Source: an uncultured Methanosarcinales archaeon (GTDB taxonomy: Archaea > Nanobdellota > Nanobdellia > Woesearchaeales > ARS49). From it: a DNA stretch of 64,000 nt. Where the stretch lies: contig CAZWVL010000003.1 in NCBI GenBank assembly GCA_964637115.1, forward strand, positions 32,001 to 96,000, in the 5' to 3' direction. Each line of letters starts with the position of its first letter. Position 1 is the stretch's first letter. Shown piece by piece: positions 58,201 through 64,000 of the stretch. The translations under genes were made by a program, and so were the position numbers. The notes beneath the pieces were generated by a model. That model saw nothing but the letters and a program-made list of their open reading frames with translations. It made no database searches and had not been told where the DNA came from.

Positions 58201-59444
58201 CTGATGAAGTCAGACGTTTCATTGGCATGGATGAAGATTATGCCTGGAAAACAACATTTATGGTATTTGGAATACCTTTTGAACTTCACGCTTTGTCGGT
58301 ATCGGTTGAAAACTTGAATAAAATGAAAGACGACCTAGTGGCAATGGCACAAGCGCCGCCAACAGCGCCAAACGGACCATCTCCTGAAAACATAAAAGCA
58401 GCCATTGCCCGCATTTCATTGGAAGTTGGCGTTATTAAGGCAACGCGCGCACTTGCCATCAATTCGCTTGACAAAGACCTAGGCATCATACCAAAGACTA
58501 CAGAAGAAGTTGTAAAAGAAACTGCTGGTGCAGCGCCGGCAGCAGCGTCAGTTGCAGCCCCGCCAAAACTTCCGCTCAGCATCAACGGCAAAACAGACCT
58601 TGCAATTATTACAAAAGGAACAGATATTCAAGTCAAAATAATACTTCCAAAAAACGTACAAGCCTTTGAGTACATTGAATTATTCGCATACAAAAGCAAT
58701 GTTCACATTGCCACCTGGGACCTCAGAAACAACTACAATCCAAGCACGGGTGAGGCAACATATATGTTAGGCCCAGACCAGTACGCCAATTTTGTAATAG
58801 GCGAAACATACGAATTTGACATGGCGTATAATCCGCCGCACACAATTGGAAACAAAGTACAAGTGAGAATAATTGTTCCGCCATGCGGAGACGGAAAAAT
58901 AGACCAAGGAGAAGTATGCGACAGAAAGAGCGATGGAACAGTAATAGCAAGCAATGAAATGGTTTACAATCCAACCACATTTACTGCATACTGGCAGATT
59001 TATGCACCATCGATGGGACCATTCGGAGCGACTGAATATAGAGTATTGTTCAGCAAAAACATGCAGACGTTCTGTAATGATATCATTGGAGAAGATTGTG
59101 ATGACAAGGTGGAATACTCTGCAGAAAAAGGATGGTGTTCAGGAGACTGCAAGAAATTCATGCCAAGAGTTGGGTGCGTAGATGATGACACAATCGGCGA
59201 CAGCGGAAGAGCAGCATATCTCACGCCAGAATTCTATTACGAAGGCACGGAAAAAAAGATGAACAACGTATGGTGGTATCTCTTCAGCGATCCAAACGCG
59301 GGAAGAAATGGATGCTATCCAACCACTGAAGAGGCAGGATTGCCTCCATACAACGATAAATGGACAGAAGCACCAGTTCCAATAGACTATCCGCAATTTA
59401 TGACCAAGCCCGCTCCTTTCCAACCTCCAACGGCACAACCATGA
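52212..59444 (+). CDS. Giant (2410 aa) secreted Ig- and Cys-rich surface protein
   Basis: Signal peptide; N-terminal Ig-like repeats (DNSPP, DTGPP); CLCIPT module; CGDGKIDQGEVCD Myxococcus-type Cys-rich motif. Confidence 0.8.
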   Translation: MDKNTKEEKRKVNYLTRSLSEFFSPTLCKGEKNSPHHRTLARRQLGSVALFMAFLIIMLPIVDAQAIGDQPTAQGEETTVKPLFVNATIPRYPRTMKIDIAGITKPGATITININGADVKKDIIDDGTFLFKQVQLQASNAIIITAELGGETATQTYQADVDNSPPLINITTTPVVTAASSTVKVKVSEPVNLTVQAGNQTNKSYSLQAGSNDVKIELQPGENMVGFTAVDRAGFKSFIEERIVYDTGPPRFEKTNLNQLSPTYRQEVEVKGKLSEPGSVTAFVNGKPQKTEATASDGSFSIKVKLERSLSVTAGSQSASGVTGGAVSIEQGIQWKSKLRLEAIDAAGLKATTEEVEIAYSICGSGTWIDVQLTDPMPDILNPRLIIEGIQQVGIGFNYTYRGGAKAEIDARSIRIRTLMLSPEVRKEFDNNLVMVRAPNVRAQRATKPSGVGYIQVNFNPLEDPWSLPEKDGKKEEAPANATMFDREQRISQHREGDCITPGFGCMKLFLELEIPFTETTRKMAYDPIVRGTLEKDVVEPLTQRTCIDVNIAIDKRVPPDVLPSGLLRASSEFLGAVIQGIDKVLMPIQTIGKYLFYTCVAGQFLSLVPIVLEKYNCEFRKVADVLAGGEGAFDPNVAAINACDAEYGAGSDAADNCNTCHKWKDYRKKFVRTYRQICDRVMCPAAPSLQYYLKTRGRESPTEVKAENAKADPVIAQYAQGGKLFAGSDCAAWVDVNKRKEERGTKKPVLAPRLFFTTDEIQKIYDNWLKHQSNTAGETETGGVNCAGLHPATPECCGYEYMQEWSSACGTSALGQSLDTFDEIKESTCLAAQRSGKNEIGGLEGESIQCNKLLNAASGFCEKNGMPPLTPIRVTTIDARKAESLELQKYAESNDLYIIVQDKGAASSILGVVPTGQSQGYSIKLGLIIKTLEFQKSDKPEIIATSERSKLTEKLDVIEYPEYTAFQTSFFSQEQIDVYREKAAIPPDFKKTLCDAAGKKFGQCNIDEKYIYAQVIQAIGSPDKDYIIKPNEGLINSVRCLCIPTIVGYLKLWRGIMGAVKSCIDTILLTGDGENGMCQALVSRYVCDLLYDALACFTQKFGTGQGRVEKEGGGDIMGALVSAGSEMQREVQGRYGETGLYKAVFVDRKLVHSICMWAFTGTWNFDLGAIFDQAIDEIPISSQALLTPCNRRFVSFNPTTRPGGLVTWVYHFGSFFAAGADAEIELHLVCSDDFTCKESDGFENGKCDCQGKGKRDIVIRPENLPTRAKKNQILSEEIFFTMQAGSGESNVRYDKAYLLYRWKEANKQMKEDKTEPCSIGLTGGGGSMPAFCRWDPFTVSFRCQFGEAAGGIRFKSGKPDYKHPTVKGGVFALDESVSVELQMQQDYPGGEKYNKYLQYTILGPGNKELATNKDRGLILLQTNGDYNKRLSADGTPPVPIEIKREWFTTVEAGKTFSARQWAKSPQNPTGTAADNKVIEDVQLVGLVGAVAAQKQFVLELTRQGDKINYAVYTAGTNDKPGVGEKGGFYVATPALCTGTISGTKITCTPSIAPRPGQPPQPQDTLTITLKADPLYPTVDELIQLHINMNIPRTLAADPCKGDVNNRYQQSFKMMLMAYDADNYGSPSEQVAVDPYTGAEAVFEIPFYAMCATADELKPLEGILGPAEILAGLSKDINAWLAPEKDYKTKLEGFVSQPLKIEQTTSVQNQLDQIIFGETANSVVLEKYKTNLKNITGMDAVKAAVEELYNIIRPPFHAELDLRNVVGLSIDAKNVITNELKGTPNVTKIQDALRPIIPELQKALEAKQKLLTLLPAAAGEKGACPSGKQVPEKTGEYYLCATSLPSDKWVEVTDRQCYAVEKQTCYKLSASNLCYDKNTNGDTFHCDTECKGNSETSSEQRICPKKEEPTCCVVKSTIAQKLLQLKNQIGQQQGDDESFRSSITTTRTNEELITYLVGTGDINVPTLISELKAYASLKNLEREGLSSVVGSSGLTPTDEVRRFIGMDEDYAWKTTFMVFGIPFELHALSVSVENLNKMKDDLVAMAQAPPTAPNGPSPENIKAAIARISLEVGVIKATRALAINSLDKDLGIIPKTTEEVVKETAGAAPAAASVAAPPKLPLSINGKTDLAIITKGTDIQVKIILPKNVQAFEYIELFAYKSNVHIATWDLRNNYNPSTGEATYMLGPDQYANFVIGETYEFDMAYNPPHTIGNKVQVRIIVPPCGDGKIDQGEVCDRKSDGTVIASNEMVYNPTTFTAYWQIYAPSMGPFGATEYRVLFSKNMQTFCNDIIGEDCDDKVEYSAEKGWCSGDCKKFMPRVGCVDDDTIGDSGRAAYLTPEFYYEGTEKKMNNVWWYLFSDPNAGRNGCYPTTEEAGLPPYNDKWTEAPVPIDYPQFMTKPAPFQPPTAQP
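52270..52314. repeat. Perfect 17-bp inverted repeat inside the 5' end of the giant CDS
   Basis: GTGAATTTTTCTCCCCC-acactttgtaa-GGGGGAGAAAAATTCAC. Confidence 0.85.
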
Positions 59445-60250
59445 CCCTAATTACAACCCTCCCCCTCGCCTGGAAGGCATTCACTGAAAACAAGAAGTAT
59501 TTGATATGGATAATCCTAATAGAATTCGTATTCCTCTTTGTTCTAACTCAAATACATTTGATGTACTTCGTGCCAAGCGCAGAAGCAGCAGCAAGAGCAG
59601 GAGAAATAATGACGCAAGAAGTACAGAAATTGCCGGAAACAGAAATTTATCAGCTTGAAACACTGCTTGTGAAAAATGAAGGCTTTATGACAGCATACAA
59701 CGAGTTGCTTGCCTATATGGGCTTTTTCATAATAAGCCTGTTTATTGCATTTGTTGTTTTCAGAACTCCATTATGGTATATCTCGCACAAAAGCATACTG
59801 AAGAAAATGCCCTGGAAACCAGTGCTGATAAAGTTTCCATTGCTTTCACTGTTCTGGTTTGTAGTGCTGGTAATAGCTTTTTCACTTTACAGCATTGGCA
59901 CAGGCAGCACAACAACAGTACTGCCAATTTTCAGCCCGTTCTGGGTGACGATACTAATGTACATAGTATTTCTGGCTATCTTTTACTTCTCCCAAATCAG
60001 TTTTGCTCTCATCCCGTCACAACAAACCTTTAAGAATACGTTCATCTATGGCACTAGACATGCAAAAACAATCATTCCAGCATTCCTCGTCAACGCAATC
60101 ATTACTTTCATTGTCTGCTCATTGCCATTCAACTGGATTACAACAAAACCACTCATCTCGCTCGCAATCATACTCATCATCACAATTCCAGCACTTGCAT
60201 TTGCAAGACTGCACATCATAGTAGCAACATGGCAAAAACCGCAATCATAA
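59441..60250 (+). CDS. Polytopic membrane protein, probable paralog of 49303..50184
   Basis: About 6 TM helices, similar layout; start moved from 59360 to ATG 59441 (ATGA overlap). Confidence 0.75.
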   Translation: MTLITTLPLAWKAFTENKKYLIWIILIEFVFLFVLTQIHLMYFVPSAEAAARAGEIMTQEVQKLPETEIYQLETLLVKNEGFMTAYNELLAYMGFFIISLFIAFVVFRTPLWYISHKSILKKMPWKPVLIKFPLLSLFWFVVLVIAFSLYSIGTGSTTTVLPIFSPFWVTILMYIVFLAIFYFSQISFALIPSQQTFKNTFIYGTRHAKTIIPAFLVNAIITFIVCSLPFNWITTKPLISLAIILIITIPALAFARLHIIVATWQKPQS

Positions 60251-60828
60251 CAATATTGCTGATATTCGTAGTAGTTCTGTTAGTTTACATAGCAGTCAGA
60301 CAGCCAGCAGTTGTAACAACGCCCGCACAGCCAACGCCAATACAGCAGCTAACGCCAAGGGCGCCAGCAATAGAAGTCGGCGTGCCAACGCAAAAAGCGC
60401 CCGTGACAAAACAACCGGCAGCAGGAATTGAAATAGAAAAAGTCATACCGCAAGAAGTAAACTTCTGGATAAATGACATAAGAGCGCCAGAAACAACCAC
60501 GTATGCAGAAGGATTAAACTTCATACCAATCAAGCAAAGCGACATCAAAACATTTGCAGGAAGCTTTGGACCATACTTTGAAGACCCGACTCCGCATATG
60601 AAAGTAGTCCTTTGCGCAGAATATTACAAAGTCGCTGCAGCACCAGCCTGCGAAGTCGTGCAATTAGTATTCCAAGACAAGTATGCAACGTTCGCACGCG
60701 GATACCAATTTGACGAGTACATAGGCGGAATGGCAGCAAAAGACTACGTTGCCTATTACACAATTTACGCCGGAGAAGCTCCAGTTGGATACAGCAACAA
60801 AGCGGTCATTAGAACAGTAAGAGATTAA
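60229..60828 (+). CDS. N-terminally anchored hypothetical protein
   Basis: One TM, Pro/Thr linker, beta domain with a Cys pair. Confidence 0.7.
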   Translation: MAKTAIITILLIFVVVLLVYIAVRQPAVVTTPAQPTPIQQLTPRAPAIEVGVPTQKAPVTKQPAAGIEIEKVIPQEVNFWINDIRAPETTTYAEGLNFIPIKQSDIKTFAGSFGPYFEDPTPHMKVVLCAEYYKVAAAPACEVVQLVFQDKYATFARGYQFDEYIGGMAAKDYVAYYTIYAGEAPVGYSNKAVIRTVRD

Positions 60829-60932
60829 ATTCCGATTTTTTCCATCTTTTTTGAAATTCTTCCAACTCTCATCGTAAACTTTCCAACATTTTCGTCGATG
60901 AATCCATTAAGGAGTTCTGTTTGTTACTTTTT

Positions 60933-60977
60933 GGCCTGCGCGCCTGCACCGGTGCTCGCTCAGCAGACGTGCAGGCC
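60933..60977 (+). promoter_or_regulatory. GC-rich structured leader with two alternative stems
   Basis: GGCCTGCGC and GCCTGCAC can each pair with GTGCAGGCC; 7 nt before ATG 60985. Confidence 0.4.
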
Positions 60978-60984
60978 GCTCACA

Positions 60985-61137
60985 ATGAAATGGGAAGTAA
61001 CAATCGCTGAATTTGAAGATGCAGAAGGAAAGAAATACAAAGTGACACGGCGAATGCCGGAATTATTTGTTGCTGAAACAAAGATCTTTACTTCAAAAGA
61101 AGCAGCAAAAAAGCAATTTGAGGAATGGCTACGCTAA
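60985..61137 (+). CDS. Small hypothetical protein (50 aa)
   Basis: MKWEVTIAEFEDAEGKKYKVTRR...FEEWLR; start moved from 60898. Confidence 0.6.
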   Translation: MKWEVTIAEFEDAEGKKYKVTRRMPELFVAETKIFTSKEAAKKQFEEWLR

Positions 61138-61434
61138 TTCGGCTTCTTTTTTCTTCAACAATTCAACCAGCTCCGGCTGCTTGTAAAAGAACGTGTCGGG
61201 GACATTTATAGAGATAATTCTCTTCTTCAATATAAATTCAGGAAACCGTTTGGCAAGTTCTGTCCGCTGTTCTTCTTCCATTACCACAATTTCATCAGCC
61301 CATGATATTTCTTCAGCAGACACAGGCTTTTCGCAGTACAATCCAGCAGACTTAGTCTCAAATTTACTTCTGAAAACTTCGGCAGCAGTAGGGCTCCTGT
61401 GCCTGTTTTGATTACAGATAAACAAGACTTTCAT
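61129..61434 (-). CDS. Low-molecular-weight protein-tyrosine-phosphatase-like protein
   Basis: LFICNQNRHRSPTA C(x)5R(S) motif; SWADEIVVME, IPD-like VPD. Confidence 0.85.
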   Translation of the reverse strand: MKVLFICNQNRHRSPTAAEVFRSKFETKSAGLYCEKPVSAEEISWADEIVVMEEEQRTELAKRFPEFILKKRIISINVPDTFFYKQPELVELLKKKEAELA

Positions 61435-61486
61435 GCATTAGCTTATATTCCAAACCTTTAAAAAGCTTCCTCGAGAAAACACGCTT

Positions 61487-62458
61487 ATGAACCTCCAAGG
61501 ACTAGGCAAAGTAGATGACTATCAGAAATTGCTCGACATAGCTTTCAAGAACGGAGTAGCAAGCGCTTCAGAATCCAGAGCGCAGACAACTAGTCCAAAT
61601 AAGATGGTTAGAAGCAGGCGCATCGAAATAGCGCGCATAGAATCTGTTGGCAAGTCTCTTATCAACAGCCTTGACTTTATAGGCAGATGCTTTCCTTCAT
61701 TAGACCAATTAGCACCCTTTTATCAAGAACTAGTCAAGTGCACTCTTGATTACGGAATGCTCAAACAGAGTTTGGGAGCACTTGCATGGGCAAAAAAACA
61801 GATAACGGGATTATTGCACAAGTACACAAAAGAAATTTCACAAGCAAGAATACTCGGACAGTTCAACAAACTGCGCATTGCATTCTCAGGAAGAACATGC
61901 TCAGTCATGAAACAGATAAAAGACAATCTTGAGTATCTTGAATATTGCAGAAAAACAATGAAAGGATATCCTTCACTCAAGACGAAAGTAAATACCATAG
62001 TCATTGCAGGCTCGCCAAACGTCGGCAAGAGCACCCTTCTTGCAGCATTAACTGGAAGCAAGCCAAAAACAGCGAGCTATCCGTTCACAACACTAAAACT
62101 CAATCTGGGCTATGACTCAGAAGAGAATCAGTACATCGACACTCCAGGACTTCTTGACAGGCCGTTTGAAAAAAGAAATCCAATAGAGCGGCAAGCAATA
62201 CTTGCACTCAGGCACGTTGCAACAGTCATTGTATTCGTTGTAGACCCAACAGAAACCTGCGGCTATCCATTAACAGAACAGCAGAATTTACTTGACGATA
62301 TCAAAAAATTATTCGACAAGCCAATAATTCTTGTAGCAAACAAAGCAGACACGGGTGCGAAGTACAAGAACGCCATAGAAGTCAGCGCCAAAGAAGGAAC
62401 TGGCCTTGACAAATTAAAAAAAGAAATTACTTCCTTGCTTTCTCGCCAAACCAAATAA
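61487..62458 (+). CDS. nog1: Nog1-family GTPase
   Basis: FPSLDQLAPFY, GSPNVGKST, YPFTT, DTPGLLDR, NKAD. Confidence 0.92.
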   Translation: MNLQGLGKVDDYQKLLDIAFKNGVASASESRAQTTSPNKMVRSRRIEIARIESVGKSLINSLDFIGRCFPSLDQLAPFYQELVKCTLDYGMLKQSLGALAWAKKQITGLLHKYTKEISQARILGQFNKLRIAFSGRTCSVMKQIKDNLEYLEYCRKTMKGYPSLKTKVNTIVIAGSPNVGKSTLLAALTGSKPKTASYPFTTLKLNLGYDSEENQYIDTPGLLDRPFEKRNPIERQAILALRHVATVIVFVVDPTETCGYPLTEQQNLLDDIKKLFDKPIILVANKADTGAKYKNAIEVSAKEGTGLDKLKKEITSLLSRQTK

Positions 62459-62891
62459 GCGCGACGCCCAAAATAATGTAGATGCCTGCAATCAGCCATG
62501 CCTTAGGAACATAAGAATCAATATATTTCTGCAATAATGGCGTGATTTTTCCAAACATACTCAAAAATTCTCCCATACGACGTGGACCTGCAAATGAAAC
62601 GATAACTGCCAACAGGCCAGGAATTAAAGTGAATAAGCCAAGCACGCGCAACGCAATTTTCTTTGTTTTGGAGAAATAAAACACAAGCGCAAAACCCAAA
62701 ATAATTGAGCCAAGCGCAATTCCAAACGCATACCGTGCGTCAACCAATTGATTTGGTGTTAAGGCCAATGGCAGCAACGGAATCAGTGCAGTAAGTCCGA
62801 AAAAATAGAACAGGCGCGCAATAATGCTGATGACTTGCAAGACAACCAGCTCTTTCACCCGCTTTTCTAACTTCATACTATTCTTGCGCAA
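62427..62891 (-). CDS. Membrane protein
   Basis: About 4 TM helices. Confidence 0.65.
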   Translation of the reverse strand: MRKNSMKLEKRVKELVVLQVISIIARLFYFFGLTALIPLLPLALTPNQLVDARYAFGIALGSIILGFALVFYFSKTKKIALRVLGLFTLIPGLLAVIVSFAGPRRMGEFLSMFGKITPLLQKYIDSYVPKAWLIAGIYIILGVALIWFGEKARK

Positions 62892-62935
62892 CTAAAAGTA
62901 TAAAAAGATATCTCTGCGCGAATCATATCAGTAAA

Positions 62936-63229
62936 TTATGCGGTTCTAGCGTAAGGCAAGGAAAGTTCCAAGGCCGATTCCAACAATTCAGGTTTAGGAG
63001 GCAGGTTATTTATCAGGCGCGTGAAGTAAGCACAAACATTATTCCGCGCAACATCAAAACGGTCAGCAGTCATGTCCAAACTGCTTCTTACGGGGCCCAG
63101 CTCAGAACGATATTTAGAATGTACGACGTTGAATTGCCTATTCACTCCAGAATAGCCCTGCAGGTCATTAGTTCGTGCGCACCTCACCAAGCGCACTACC
63201 AGCTCGTACAGCTGGGATTCCTGCACCAT
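62936..63229 (-). CDS. Hypothetical protein
   Basis: ORF track. Confidence 0.5.
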   Translation of the reverse strand: MVQESQLYELVVRLVRCARTNDLQGYSGVNRQFNVVHSKYRSELGPVRSSLDMTADRFDVARNNVCAYFTRLINNLPPKPELLESALELSLPYARTA

Positions 63230-63261
63230 AACGAAAATACATGTCTTTCTAGAATAAAAAG

Positions 63262-64000
63262 CTATTGCTCCCTATGAATGAAATTCAGCAATGTAATCAC
63301 CAAAATGCCCATTGCAGCAACCAAGAAAAGCGCAATCTGGACGCCTTTTGAAGCAGCAACGTCCTGTGGTTCATCAGTCACTGCCCAGCCAACGCGGGGG
63401 AAATCAATGTTAGGCATATCAGGTATAGTGCACGCACCATTATTGCAGCCAACTGGGCATTGGTATGGTTCAACAATACTGGGCACGCCGTTGTTGCAGA
63501 AAAGCTCAAGAATATAACAATTTGTTGGCTGGCATGAGGTGACATTTTGATAAGCTCCTTCTGCTATAATTGCGCAAGTATCAGCCATATTAACATCTGA
63601 TCCATTAACGTTTGCCGCAATGATTCCTTTCGCAAAGTAATTATTCCCGTTATCAGAATCGGTACATACAGGTGCAGCAATCGTGCAACCTGCAGGGCTA
63701 CGGGATACAATCAATTCTCCGGGCGTTGTACAAGAATAGGTTACGCAACAACCGCCCTGGCAGCTCGAGCATGACTGCATCTGGCCGGTGCTATTGACAA
63801 AACTAGTACAGTTAGTGGTCGGGTTTGTACTGCATCCAGAAGTTCCGGGAACAACCATTGCATTAATTGAAGGCCCAAGCATAAAGCTGGCACAAGCGCC
63901 ATTAGAGCATTGTGCGTTTGAAGGACAGCTCGTCCAGTTACTACCCACGCTACCGCCGAAAGCCTGTTTATCACCACAGTAGCATTCTAACAACTGGTTA
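63262..64000 (-). CDS. C-terminal part of a Cys-rich, C-terminally anchored surface protein (begins beyond window)
   Basis: Frame open to the window edge; CTDSDNG..., LELFC, CPVGCNNGAC repeat motifs; C-terminal TM. Confidence 0.7.
   Translation of the reverse strand, partial: NQLLECYCGDKQAFGGSVGSNWTSCPSNAQCSNGACASFMLGPSINAMVVPGTSGCSTNPTTNCTSFVNSTGQMQSCSSCQGGCCVTYSCTTPGELIVSRSPAGCTIAAPVCTDSDNGNNYFAKGIIAANVNGSDVNMADTCAIIAEGAYQNVTSCQPTNCYILELFCNNGVPSIVEPYQCPVGCNNGACTIPDMPNIDFPRVGWAVTDEPQDVAASKGVQIALFLVAAMGILVITLLNFIHREQ

Noticed and set aside
44454-59444. Calling the large proteins fusexin/HAP2 or TraN
   Set aside because: No diagnostic motif recognised and no T4SS genes present; left as hypotheses for structural search
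60825-60923. Minus-strand open stretch QTELLNGFIDENVGK...KIGI as a gene remnant
   Set aside because: Only 32 codons, closed by an upstream stop, no credible start or homology evidence
1-64000. Many antisense and overlapping ORFs in the six-frame track (e.g. 7761..8147, 12179..12637, 31059..31523, 43458..43991)
   Set aside because: They shadow well-supported genes on the opposite strand or frame, lack motifs and start signals, and are expected from codon bias
1-64000. CRISPR array, rRNA, integrase or transposase
   Set aside because: No regularly spaced repeats, rRNA signatures or recombinase/transposase motifs seen

Overview
Archaeal genomic DNA, most likely a DPANN archaeon of the Woesearchaeota type. 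This is inferred from the archaeal informational genes (proteasome alpha, exosome, Cbf5, L31e/L39e/S19e/S6e, RpoK, DHS, Nog1), TATA/BRE promoters, several bacterial-type housekeeping enzymes and many KKG|Q class III signal-peptide proteins. Housekeeping blocks: metG, the Pop5-psmA-SBDS-rrp4/41/42-rpoK superoperon, pdaD/idi/dys/msrB, a MoxR-VWA-DUF58 operon, cbf5 plus ribosomal proteins, thrS, pth2, rps6e, nog1 and tRNA-Lys(CTT). About a third of the window encodes uncharacterised surface proteins. The standout is an ~18.5 kb co-directional locus (42.3-60.8 kb) that appears built from two copies of one module: a pilin-signal protein, a large Cys-anchored protein (one is 2410 aa) and a polytopic membrane protein. 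Non-coding signals read directly from the sequence: a palindromic TTGTAGTCAC-N6-GTGACTACAA-like site exactly 9 nt upstream of TATA boxes at three loci, a REP-like double-hairpin repeat, a 17-bp perfect palindrome in frame in the giant gene, a 20-bp repeat duplicating two ORFan start regions, and a possibly switchable leader hairpin. No CRISPR array, rRNA, integrase or transposase was seen. Family assignments come from motif recognition by eye; no database searches were run.
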